The notes under the pieces are model-generated. The model was not told where the DNA came from. It saw only the letters and a program-made list of their open reading frames with translations, and made no database searches. Of a DNA stretch of 64,000 nt, positions 1 to 9,550 are shown piece after piece (the stretch's first letter is position 1; every line of letters starts with the position of its first letter). This stretch comes from a bacterium (GTDB lineage: Bacteria > Patescibacteriota > Patescibacteriia > JAGPKW01), in the NCBI GenBank assembly GCA_021780535.1, contig JAJXYN010000012.1, positions 69,688 through 133,687 on the forward strand. Direction: 5' to 3'. Position numbers and translations under genes: made by a program.

Positions 1-2869
1 CTTGTTTTATAGAAGTTAAATCTTTTTCATCTAGTAATTCAATTATTTTTTGATATAAATCCAAGCATGATAAATCTTCCAAATTATTAAATATATTTTT
101 ATATTTATCATTCAAAATCAAAGTTTCATCTTCTATTAATTTTTTTAATCTATTTAATAAAAACTTATTATTAATATCAAAATTTAAATTTAATTCTTGT
201 TTTAGACTTTCATAATTAGAAAATATTATATTTATAACCTTTTCTATAGTCTCTTTATTAAAATTATTTATCAAATATTCTTTCAAATTATTTTTTAATA
301 ATTCTAAATTTTCTTTATTTTTTCCTATCAGTTCAGCTTTTTTTGCTGTTGTTAATACAGCTTTTCTTTCTATACTTATATCTTCTGTATTTAAAAATGA
401 CCTAGAATCTAATTTTCCAGAAATATCTATATCTCTTATATCTTCCTGTGATAAATCCATAGAAACATTTAATCTGTAGTCACTTATTTCGCACCAATTA
501 TTTGGATTCAAACTTTGCTGTAATAGTTCATCTGTATAGCTGGATTTTTTTGAAAAAAATTCTTTTGGTTTTGTAAGTAAAGATTTAAGACCGTCTATAG
601 ATGCTGATTCATGAGTTAATAAGTCTTCAAAATATTGATAAATCTTTAGATTTTTTTCTTTTAATTCTTGCAACTTGTGATGTTCTTTTGTAAAAGAAGA
701 ATACATTCTAGTTATTTTGAATAAAGTCAAAAAATCTCTATAATATCCTTTTTCATGAAATATTTCTGAAACTATCTCACTAGATTTTCCATTTTTTAGA
801 TTAACAATATCAACAACATAAGATGGAGTTTTCTTTTCTTCTTCTGTTAGTTCATGTTGAACAACGTTTTGCAAGAAATCTTCTGATAAGTAACCATCAA
901 TAAGAGTTCCAAGTATTTCGTATTTATCTTTACCGAAATCATTTGGATTAGAATTTGGCACAAGAACAGCAAATAATTGATATAAATCTTGTATTTGAAA
1001 TTTACTAAATAATTCTAAATTACTTATTTTTTCAAGCGGAATATGATATTCATTCTCAAATGATTTATTTTTTGGTAAATATTTATATAAAATATCCAAA
1101 GAATTAAATTTCTCAGGTTTTACATAATTTAAAGTTGATATATAAGAATAAAAATCAGAATCTTTTTTGTCTGGATTTTCTAGTAAATAACTATTTTTCC
1201 AGTTATCTATAAAAATTTTATATTCTTCAGATCTTCCTTCTAAATATTTTTTTAAATTATCAAATATCTCTTTATGTTTTTCTTCAAAGACATTTGCAAA
1301 TCTAAATTCTAATAATTCTTTTTCATTATTTTTCTTTTTTAATATAGTCTCTAATTCTTTTTCTTTTCCATTTTCAACTACTTGAAATAGTTGTGGTTGA
1401 GTAAAACCATCATAAAGAGATGCATTTTCTAATACATTTTCCAATACTTTCTTGTATCTATCTAAAATATCTATCAAACCATTAGCATTGTGCTTTTTTA
1501 ATAAATCACATAGAGATTTCGGGGTATGTTCCTCATTTAAAAAATCGTTATTTAACAATATTAAAAGATCCTCATCCAATAAACAATCTTTAAAAATTGA
1601 TTCTAATCCTTTTATGTCTTGAGAATTGTTTGTAAAATTTTCTAAAAAATACATAAAATCTTCTTTTGTGTATTTTGTATTCTTGGTTTTTATTAAATTA
1701 ATAAAAAAACTTAAGTCATAATATTCTAATTTTTGTGGATCTTGTATTTGAGAACGCTTTATAACAAAATCAACCTCTCTTGCTAAGATGCTATCATTAT
1801 TAATTTTATTTATTATCTTTTCTTTTATTAATTCACCACATATTTTTCCATCAGTTTCTTGATAAAGACTGATAAGCACTCCTAAAGGATCAGTTTCGCT
1901 ATCTTCACTCAAGCTTTCTTTTATATTGTCAAAATTATGTTTTATGTTTTTTTCCAAAGCATCATCTAAATCTTTATGATTTAAGATATCTTGAATATCT
2001 ATAAAATTCAAAACGTCTTTTAATCCATAATCTATATTAAGAGCATAAAATCTTTCTGATATAGGCTTCATAAAATATTTTTGGATATACATTTCTTTTA
2101 TTTCTGGATCTGATTGTATTATTTCTTTAAAATAATTAGAAACTTCTTCTTTACTATTAAATTCTTTTGAATTTAAAAAATATAATATTCTGCAAAACAT
2201 TTCTTCTGGTGAAAAATAATGTATCATCTTCCTATTCTCCATAAAACTTAATAGTATAGATTTACATCCTTCTTCGTTTTTATTAACGCCGTCTTCTTTA
2301 TCAATAAGAATGCTCCATTTTAATTTTTCTGGAAATAGATTATCTAGGTAATTTTTTAGATCACATATTTTATTTTTTATTTTTTTGGTATCATCATTAT
2401 ACTCAATAGATCTACTACTAAGTTTTTCTAATAAAACAACAATTAATTTAGAAATTAAATCATCTAATCGTCTAAAATTTTTATCAGAACTCAATATAGG
2501 TATTTTCTTCAAATTATCTTTTCCTATAATTTTTTCCAATATGATAGTAATATTTTTAAAATGAAAAAAGTATTTTTTCATATATTCTAAATCCTGATCT
2601 ATTTTTTCAACCTCACCACTTATAATATTTTTAGACTTTCTTTCTAAGTCAAAATAAAATTTTATATCGTCAATAAACCAATTTAAAAATTCATTATTAC
2701 TTCTTACAAATTCTATAAGTCTTTTATTTTTTAAAAACTCTTCAAGATCTTCTATTTTTATATGATTATCAGAAATCGGTTTCATGATATCAAAAAATTC
2801 ATTAACAGATAATTCTTTTAATTCTTCAGTTGATTCTTGATTAATTGTTATATTATTAAATCTTTCCAT
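1..2869 (-). CDS. Large hypothetical protein, 3' end outside the window (>950 aa)
   Basis: Not in the ORF track because the stop lies outside the window. ATG at 2869-2867 reads MERFNNITINQESTEELKELSVNEFFDIMKP... and the frame looked open wherever spot-checked. K/E/N/I-rich, no motif recognised. Confidence 0.7.
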   Translation of the reverse strand, partial: MERFNNITINQESTEELKELSVNEFFDIMKPISDNHIKIEDLEEFLKNKRLIEFVRSNNEFLNWFIDDIKFYFDLERKSKNIISGEVEKIDQDLEYMKKYFFHFKNITIILEKIIGKDNLKKIPILSSDKNFRRLDDLISKLIVVLLEKLSSRSIEYNDDTKKIKNKICDLKNYLDNLFPEKLKWSILIDKEDGVNKNEEGCKSILLSFMENRKMIHYFSPEEMFCRILYFLNSKEFNSKEEVSNYFKEIIQSDPEIKEMYIQKYFMKPISERFYALNIDYGLKDVLNFIDIQDILNHKDLDDALEKNIKHNFDNIKESLSEDSETDPLGVLISLYQETDGKICGELIKEKIINKINNDSILAREVDFVIKRSQIQDPQKLEYYDLSFFINLIKTKNTKYTKEDFMYFLENFTNNSQDIKGLESIFKDCLLDEDLLILLNNDFLNEEHTPKSLCDLLKKHNANGLIDILDRYKKVLENVLENASLYDGFTQPQLFQVVENGKEKELETILKKKNNEKELLEFRFANVFEEKHKEIFDNLKKYLEGRSEEYKIFIDNWKNSYLLENPDKKDSDFYSYISTLNYVKPEKFNSLDILYKYLPKNKSFENEYHIPLEKISNLELFSKFQIQDLYQLFAVLVPNSNPNDFGKDKYEILGTLIDGYLSEDFLQNVVQHELTEEEKKTPSYVVDIVNLKNGKSSEIVSEIFHEKGYYRDFLTLFKITRMYSSFTKEHHKLQELKEKNLKIYQYFEDLLTHESASIDGLKSLLTKPKEFFSKKSSYTDELLQQSLNPNNWCEISDYRLNVSMDLSQEDIRDIDISGKLDSRSFLNTEDISIERKAVLTTAKKAELIGKNKENLELLKNNLKEYLINNFNKETIEKVINIIFSNYESLKQELNLNFDINNKFLLNRLKKLIEDETLILNDKYKNIFNNLEDLSCLDLYQKIIELLDEKDLTSIKQ

Positions 2870-2906
2870 TCGGATTTCTTTTATTTATAAGAGTATTTTA
2901 TCATTT

Positions 2907-4203
2907 TTATCTAACATAGTCATATTGTTGATAAGATAAAATCTTGTTTTCCAAAACAATCTTTCCACCACTAAAACATCTCACAATCTCTCTTTTCTCA
3001 TCAACACTTCCATTAACCAAAACATGCTTAACATAATCCTTAATATTAATTTCTTTCTTATCCTTATTATCATCCTTATAAATAAGCCTATAAAAGCTAT
3101 TAAACCTATTAATTTCAAGTTTTAATTTATCGCTTATCATTTTCTCATCAATTCTAACCTTATCGACTATTTCTATAAGTTGTTTAATAATCAGATCTTC
3201 TCTCACATAACCATTCTTACAATTTTTATCTTTAGACTTTGTACAACCATAATAAATATAACTTAGAGGCTTTCCATTTTTTAATTTCTTTATTTTTTCT
3301 CTTGCAGATATTCCAGAATTACAAAGTCCACACGTAAATAAATTAGTAAATGCAAATTCTTTATTATTACTTCTGTAATCACATTCACTAGATATTTTCT
3401 CTCTTATTTTTTCAAATACTTCTTTTGTTATTATTGGTTCATGCTGTCCTTTATACCATTTACCATTTCCTTTAGGGATATTCAAAATATCCATAATAAA
3501 AAGTATTATTAAGCATTAAATAAATATTACTTAATGAAAAATCTTTTCCTGATTTTGTTTTGAAATTTATATCTTTTAACCAATTAAATATCTTTCTTCC
3601 TGAATAATTATCATAAGCAACTTTCTCAAATATTTCTCTTATAATATTCCATCTATCAGGATCTAAATGAATACATCCAGTTCTATCTTTTCTTAAATCA
3701 TTTAGATACCCAGTAGGAGCTACAGCAGGCCATAAACCTTGTTCTACTTTTGCTCTTAAACCTCTTTTTACATTAATACTCTTATTATCATTTTCAAGTT
3801 TTGCTTGTCCTCCTAGAATCATAAGCATAAATTTATCATTAGGAGTATTTTTAAATACTTGATTATATGTTTTTATTTCTATTAATAAGTTTTTATCTAC
3901 TAAGTCTATTAAAGATCCAAGATCTCCAGCGTTTCTAGATAATCTATCAGTATTCCAAGTTAGAAGGGAATTAAACTTCTTATTTTTTAGATCAGAAATA
4001 ATAGAGTTAAAAATATCTCTCTTGCTTGATTCTTTAGCTGAATGACTTTCTTTTTTAATATCAACTATTTCTAATCCTTCTTTTTCTGCTATTTGCATCA
4101 TTTCTTTAATCTGAGAATCAATAGAAAGAGCTTGTCTTTCGTCTTCTTCGCTAGACTTTCTAGCATAAAGACAATATTTCTTTTGAATTATTTGATTATC
4201 CAT
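2907..4203 (-). pseudogene. Large serine recombinase (resolvase + recombinase + Zn-ribbon domains) split into two frames at CCC-TAA
   Basis: N-terminal part has YARKSSE (catalytic Ser), DRLSRN and APTGY. C-terminal part has GQHEPIIT, CGLC and YYGC. Skipping one base at TAT CCC TAA AGG AAA gives continuous YPKGNGKWYKGQHEP. Confidence 0.85.
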
Positions 4204-4217
4204 CTTTTTTATTTTTA

Positions 4218-4306
4218 TTTATCTTTTATTACATTAATGACGTAATAAAAAATTTATATCTAGACTTAAAGAGTAGGTAAACAGTAGATAAAAATGCTTT
4301 TAATTA
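4218..4306. repeat. Direct repeat A, copy 1 (89 bp), immediately upstream of the serine recombinase
   Basis: Matches 9417-9505 with 4 substitutions. Contains the dyad TTTTATTAC-N9-GTAATAAAA. Confidence 0.9.
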
Positions 4307-4353
4307 ATCTGTTTTTGAGCTAGAATATTAACAACTATTAAAAACTAAAAAAT

Positions 4354-4515
4354 ATGACAAATAAAGAAAAACTATTAAAAATCTATGATATTTATAAAAA
4401 ATATCTAGAGAGTATATATGAATTTAATATCAAAGAAAGAAATTTAGTGTTAAAATTTGAAGAAGAAATTGATAAAGCTAAAATAAGCCAAATAAAAAAT
4501 AAATTAAATAAATAA
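4354..4515 (+). CDS. Small hypothetical protein (53 aa)
   Basis: Read manually: MTNKEKLLKIYDIYKKYLESIYEFNIKERNLVLKFEEEIDKAKISQIKNKLNK. Stop lies 3 nt before the next ATG. Confidence 0.55.
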   Translation: MTNKEKLLKIYDIYKKYLESIYEFNIKERNLVLKFEEEIDKAKISQIKNKLNK

Positions 4516-4518
4516 ATT

Positions 4519-6024
4519 ATGTCACTTGAAAATTATCATGAAGAACACGAGAAAAAACAAGAACAAATACAAGAGCTAATTAATACTCTAGAACAAAGAA
4601 AGGACCAATTATTACAAAAAGAAAATATTTCACAAGAAGAGCTAATTGAAGTTAAAAATCAAATAGAATCAGAAATAAATAAGAAAGCACAAGTCGCTGA
4701 ACACGTAGATGATGATTGTTTACTTTCTATAGCTCATGAAATGAAAGCAATAGACATTGATTTGCCAGTAGAAAGAAAAAGAGAAATGTATGAAGCTGTA
4801 GAGGCTTTAGATTCTCAAGTTATAAAAGCAAGAGTTGATGCAAAAATTCAAATAGGTGAAGTATTATATAAAGACCTAGACGCTTCTAATTTTGATTTTG
4901 AAAATTTAAAACAAAACTTTAAAAAATTATATTTAGAATTTTTAGAAATAAGAAAACAACTCATAGACAATAAAGAAAGTCCGGAAATACTTTCTAGCTT
5001 AAAAAGTAAAAAATATGAATTAGGTAAATTATCTCAAATTCTATACTCTAATTCAGAAAATTATGAAGAATTTATAAATAGAATAAAAGAAATATTTATA
5101 GACATAAAAGGTATAGATGAAAAAGATTTTAATGAATATTTTTCAGCAACATTTTTATACCCAGCAAATTTGAAGCCCATAGAAGATAAAGAATATTTAC
5201 CAGGACCTTTTGAATCTATTATATCAACTATAGAGTGCTTAAAAGTTGCAGAAAAAGTTAGAGATTCTGTATCTGATAGTTGTTCTTCTCTTTTATTCTC
5301 AGGATCTTCAATATGGGGTTCATTTTATGCTACAAAAGGTCAAGTACCTCAAGAAGCTGGTGATTATATGTTAGAACAAAGAAAATTAAAAAATATATCA
5401 GATACAGATTTTGTAAGTATATTTGAAGATTTTAACTCTATGGAAGCTGGTATTAAAAAATTAGTTGCTGATAAGATAATATCTGAAGATAGCGTTCAAA
5501 GATTTGAAGAATTTATAAAACTAAAAAAAGACAAGAAGGTTAATTATTTATCTTGTAGAGGTGAAATAAACGGAATAGAAACTAGTATGCATTTTTTTGA
5601 TAAAGAAACCTTTTCTTCATTAAGCGGTTTTATTGATAGTATAAATCCAGAAATAGATGACAGTTTAGTATTTTCTGATTTTAGAAAAGATAGACCAAAA
5701 GGAACTGGATATGAATTAATTAATCCAAATGAAGATGAAAAATCTGAAAAAATAGAGTTTGAAGATTTGGGTGGAATAAAATCTGTTGAACAAGGAAATA
5801 TAGTTCCAGTTGTATTCTTGCTTGAAAATAATAAAAATTTTTATTTAGGTTTAATACCAACACAATTAATGCAAAGTCCAATAAAAATGATTGATAAAGA
5901 TGGATTTGTAGAAGATATATCTAAAAAATTAAAAGATTTTATAATAAAAAATGGTGGCAACCCTGACTCTATAATTAAAAAATTAAGAGCTAGTAGATTA
6001 CCACCTGAATTCCTAGAATCATGA
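4519..6024 (+). CDS. Hypothetical protein: coiled-coil N-terminus plus putative Pol-beta-superfamily nucleotidyltransferase domain
   Basis: LLFSGSSIWG...SDTDFV fits hG[GS]...DxD, with a longer spacer than usual. Confidence 0.5.
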   Translation: MSLENYHEEHEKKQEQIQELINTLEQRKDQLLQKENISQEELIEVKNQIESEINKKAQVAEHVDDDCLLSIAHEMKAIDIDLPVERKREMYEAVEALDSQVIKARVDAKIQIGEVLYKDLDASNFDFENLKQNFKKLYLEFLEIRKQLIDNKESPEILSSLKSKKYELGKLSQILYSNSENYEEFINRIKEIFIDIKGIDEKDFNEYFSATFLYPANLKPIEDKEYLPGPFESIISTIECLKVAEKVRDSVSDSCSSLLFSGSSIWGSFYATKGQVPQEAGDYMLEQRKLKNISDTDFVSIFEDFNSMEAGIKKLVADKIISEDSVQRFEEFIKLKKDKKVNYLSCRGEINGIETSMHFFDKETFSSLSGFIDSINPEIDDSLVFSDFRKDRPKGTGYELINPNEDEKSEKIEFEDLGGIKSVEQGNIVPVVFLLENNKNFYLGLIPTQLMQSPIKMIDKDGFVEDISKKLKDFIIKNGGNPDSIIKKLRASRLPPEFLES

Positions 6025-6204
6025 TGATTCTTTCGGAGACCAGACAGATACTTCGATTTTTGATCCGTCGGGTCTATGTCCAGTAATTCTTTTCTTTGTG
6101 TGTGTTTTTTCAAGTTCCTTAGCGGATTCTTGAAAAAGCATGCAGTCTTCATCATTGTCAGGATTCAATTCATTTTCCTGACTAGAAGTGTTCTTGTCTG
6201 ACAT
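6019..6204 (-). CDS. Small hypothetical protein (61 aa)
   Basis: GGAGG 5 nt before the ATG, an upstream TATAAT-like box, and higher GC than its neighbours. Confidence 0.6.
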   Translation of the reverse strand: MSDKNTSSQENELNPDNDEDCMLFQESAKELEKTHTKKRITGHRPDGSKIEVSVWSPKESS

Positions 6205-6242
6205 AAGTCCTCCATATAAATATATTATAACACAAAAATATT

Positions 6243-6770
6243 ATGTTTGCAACATATAAACCAATAAAATCTTATTTAAACTTATTAGACAGTAAAAATA
6301 AGAAACCATCTACAGAATTAATGACTTTTTTAGAAAAAGAATATAAAGAAGTTCCTGGATCTTCCAATAATCATCAAACATGGAAAGGTGGTTATTTTGG
6401 ACATATAGAAGATTTGCTAAATATAGCAAATACTTTATACAAAACTTTTGATAAAAAAAGAAAGTTAGATTTTGATTTTAAAGATTGTATAATTGTTTTT
6501 TTACTTCATGATATAGAAAAACCTTTTAGATATGGGAAAGATAATGAATTTAAAAATGAAAAAGAAGAAATAATTCAAGAATTTATTATTAAAAAATATA
6601 ACTTTAAGCTTAATAAAGACCAAAAAAATGCTTTAAAGTATATTCACGGAGAAGAACAAGATTATTCTAGTAAAAAAAGAGTTATGTGTCCTTTGGCGGC
6701 TTTTTGTCATGTTTGTGACAATATAAGTGCTAGAATTTACTTTAATTATCCTCAAAAATTTGGTTGGTAA
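6243..6770 (+). CDS. HD-domain phosphohydrolase
   Basis: HHQTWKGGYFGH...LLHDIEK...IHGE...HVCDNISAR: canonical H...HD...D arrangement. Confidence 0.8.
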   Translation: MFATYKPIKSYLNLLDSKNKKPSTELMTFLEKEYKEVPGSSNNHQTWKGGYFGHIEDLLNIANTLYKTFDKKRKLDFDFKDCIIVFLLHDIEKPFRYGKDNEFKNEKEEIIQEFIIKKYNFKLNKDQKNALKYIHGEEQDYSSKKRVMCPLAAFCHVCDNISARIYFNYPQKFGW

Positions 6771-6777
6771 TATTTAC

Positions 6778-6852
6778 TTAATATTAGCCAATAAATATCA
6801 AAACGACTCAAATACCTAGTGTCGCATATGTCGCATTAAGCCTCTATTTTTT
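6778..6852. repeat. Direct repeat B, copy 1 (75 bp)
   Basis: Matches 11094-11159 with about 6 substitutions plus one extra 9-bp tandem unit (ATGTCGCAT). Confidence 0.85.
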
Positions 6853-7042
6853 ATGTGTAACATTTGTAACATTTTATACTCTACGTACTGTCCAATTTGT
6901 CCAATTTTTTAAGACCGAATTGCTTAGAATATTTTAATAATTTATATTACAAAACGCTTATTGGTATTGATTGCTATAATTTACAGACCGTAATGCTCAG
7001 CCATCCTTCGCATAGCTACGGCTGGCGATGCCAATTTGAGAG

Positions 7043-7068
7043 ATAGACCGTAGTGGGTCTATTTTTTG
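7043..7068 (+). terminator. Intrinsic terminator-like hairpin upstream of the endonuclease gene
   Basis: ATAGACC-GTAGTG-GGTCTAT followed by a T-run. Confidence 0.5.
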
Positions 7069-7128
7069 TTTATTTATTAATATTGTGTTAATATTTATTA
7101 AAATATAACCAATATTAATCAAATAATT

Positions 7129-7824
7129 ATGAGCAAACTAAAAGAATTTAGTAATTTTTTAAAAAATGTTGATTTGGACTCTTACAGAGTTAAATATAGA
7201 CCAATAAAAATAGTTGAAATGGATTTACCATCAGAGATACAAGCATTAAAATTAATATATAAAACTTATTGGGAAAAAAAGGATTTTATGTCTTTTGATG
7301 ACTTTTATAAAAAATATGAAGATGAATTGAACGAAAAATTAGAAAATTTTAGAAAAAAAATACAAATGTGTGAGCAATGTTTTTATCTTGGTTTACCAGC
7401 AAGAATATATAGAACATGGGCTAGTATTATAACTCAAATACATGCTGGTTATATTGCGGAATCTGTTTTTGGAGATGGTTCTGTTGATATGTCGGAAAAA
7501 TTAGATCATGCTGGAATAGATTTTTTAGTAAATTACAATGGATATATACTAAATTATCAAGTAAAGAAAGAAACTGAAAGTAGAGAAGTAAGAAAAGAAA
7601 AAAAACATAAAAATGAAAATAAAGGAGAATCTATAAATATATTTTATAAAGTACCTCAATCAAAAATATTTGAAGACCCAAAGACAAAAAAAGGAGAGTT
7701 TAGAAAACCATACTTAGATTTTATAAATAATAAAAACTTAGAAAGATATAATAATGGTTTTATTGTTTTTACAAAAGAACAATTTGAAAATAAAAAAAAT
7801 GAAATTGATAATAAAATAAATTAA
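7129..7824 (+). CDS. TaqI-family type II restriction endonuclease
   Basis: FL..VDLDSYRVKYRPIKIVEMDLP, GLPARIYRT, LDHAGID...QVKKET and NGFIVF closely follow R.TaqI as recalled (KYRPIKTVEQDLP, ARLYRT, LDAQGID, QIKKET, NGFVIF). Confidence 0.85.
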   Translation: MSKLKEFSNFLKNVDLDSYRVKYRPIKIVEMDLPSEIQALKLIYKTYWEKKDFMSFDDFYKKYEDELNEKLENFRKKIQMCEQCFYLGLPARIYRTWASIITQIHAGYIAESVFGDGSVDMSEKLDHAGIDFLVNYNGYILNYQVKKETESREVRKEKKHKNENKGESINIFYKVPQSKIFEDPKTKKGEFRKPYLDFINNKNLERYNNGFIVFTKEQFENKKNEIDNKIN

Positions 7825-9338
7825 ACTGACTTCAAAAATTCTTCTGCTATTTTTATATAATCAGGATTTATTTCAAATCCTATAAAACTACCTCCGAGTT
7901 TTTTTGTAGCAACACATTCAGAACCAGATCCAACAAAAGGAACTAAAACATTAAAATTACCAATTGGTTTGCAAGATTTTATTAACTTTTCAGATAATTC
8001 AAGCGGTTTTTGAGTCGGATGTTTTATAATATTATGGTCAAGATGTTTTTTTAGTAATTTAGGATTAAAACTTTTATTGCATGTTTTACAATAAAAAAAT
8101 CTTTCTTTTATTCCACTACCCCCAGCTAATGTTGATATTTTAATAACATCTCTTGGTAGGGCGCCGTTTTCATTTGCATTATATATAGTTGTTTTCCCTG
8201 TTTTGTTTAATCTTCCAATAGTGCCTGTTCTGGTTTTGCCAGCAGAATTTTTAAGAAAGCCTTCGGTATATGGCTCTCTTACGTCGTCTTTATTAAAAAT
8301 TTTATTATTTTTCCAACAACATATAATGGATTCATGACTTCTTTGCCAAAAATTTAAAGTTGGCATATTTTTATTTGTATAATGCCACACTAACCATCTT
8401 TTGTTTAAATCTATATTAATGAAAATATATGATAAAATTTCACTAAAACCATAAATAAATATTGTTCCTGTATCTTTTAAGACTCTTTTACATTCAGCCA
8501 TATATTTATTTGTCCAAGATATATAATCTTGAATATCCATGTTATCAAAATTGTTTCCAAAATTTTTTCCTATATTATAAGGAGGATCTATAATTACTAT
8601 ATCAAAAAAGTTATCTGGTAAATCTTTTATACCAATTAATAAGTCTTTCAAATATATTGAATTTAGTTTAATTATATTTTTTTTTGTCTTTTTCTTTTTA
8701 TCTTCTTTAATTTTTTTATTTTTTTCATCACTTAAATTTCTTATAATCTTAACAACAATGCCTCGCACTTCAACTTCTTTTCTAAAAAATGGTAACATTT
8801 GTTGATTTGCTGGTTGTAATCTAAATCCGTTTTTTTCTTTATATATTTTTTTTAAGGTAGCTTTATTTTCATCTATTATAGCAACAACGGTTTGTCCGTT
8901 ATCTGCATATGCTTGTTTTTTTATAACAACCACATCTCCATCAAATATTCCATCATCTATCATGCTATCACCACTAACTTTTAAAGAATAATAATCATTA
9001 TAGGAATTTTTTATTTCCTGTTTTGATAATATAATATCTCTTTCTTTATATTCAATTGCTTCTATTGGTAATCCAGCTGTTATAATCCCTATTAACGGTA
9101 TTTTTATTGTATCATTTCTTTTGTTTAAATTAATTAATTTAATAGATCTACTACTGTGGTTGTCTTTTTTGATAAATTTTTTATTAACCAATGATTCTAT
9201 ATGTTCGTGCACAGTTGACACGGAGGATAAATTAAAATTATTTTTTATTTCTTCTATTGTTGGCGATATATTATTTTTTAATATATAATTTTTTATAAAA
9301 TCATAAATTTCTTTTTGTCTTTTAGTTATTGTTTCCAT
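7821..9338 (-). CDS. lexA: LexA repressor fused to a beta-class N4C/N6A DNA methyltransferase
   Basis: N-terminal LexA wHTH (TKRQKEIYDFI..SPTIEEI..SVSTVHEH), Ala-Gly site (ITAGLP), GDSM and TLKK. C-terminal IDPPYN, HPTQKP and VPFVGSGS. Confidence 0.9.
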   Translation of the reverse strand: METITKRQKEIYDFIKNYILKNNISPTIEEIKNNFNLSSVSTVHEHIESLVNKKFIKKDNHSSRSIKLINLNKRNDTIKIPLIGIITAGLPIEAIEYKERDIILSKQEIKNSYNDYYSLKVSGDSMIDDGIFDGDVVVIKKQAYADNGQTVVAIIDENKATLKKIYKEKNGFRLQPANQQMLPFFRKEVEVRGIVVKIIRNLSDEKNKKIKEDKKKKTKKNIIKLNSIYLKDLLIGIKDLPDNFFDIVIIDPPYNIGKNFGNNFDNMDIQDYISWTNKYMAECKRVLKDTGTIFIYGFSEILSYIFINIDLNKRWLVWHYTNKNMPTLNFWQRSHESIICCWKNNKIFNKDDVREPYTEGFLKNSAGKTRTGTIGRLNKTGKTTIYNANENGALPRDVIKISTLAGGSGIKERFFYCKTCNKSFNPKLLKKHLDHNIIKHPTQKPLELSEKLIKSCKPIGNFNVLVPFVGSGSECVATKKLGGSFIGFEINPDYIKIAEEFLKSV

Positions 9339-9370
9339 GTATTTTTATTTATAATAATAATTATATTATA

Positions 9371-9389
9371 CCGAAAATTTTCCGAAAAT
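9371..9389. promoter_or_regulatory. Candidate LexA operator: CCGAAAAT direct repeat with 11-bp period
   Basis: CCGAAAAT-TTT-CCGAAAAT lies 33-51 bp upstream of lexA, next to a minus-strand TATAAT. Confidence 0.45.
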
Positions 9390-9416
9390 GTAAATATACT
9401 TTTCCACACGAGATAG

Positions 9417-9505
9417 TTTATCTTTTATTACATTAATGACGCAATAAAAAAATTATATCTAGGCTTAAAGAGTAGATAAACAGTAGATAAAAATGCTTTT
9501 AATTA
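9417..9505. repeat. Direct repeat A, copy 2
   Basis: 85/89 identical to 4218-4306. Confidence 0.9.
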
Positions 9506-9550
9506 GATAGAGTTTATATTATAATTGATTTATATAATTAAAAAATAAAA

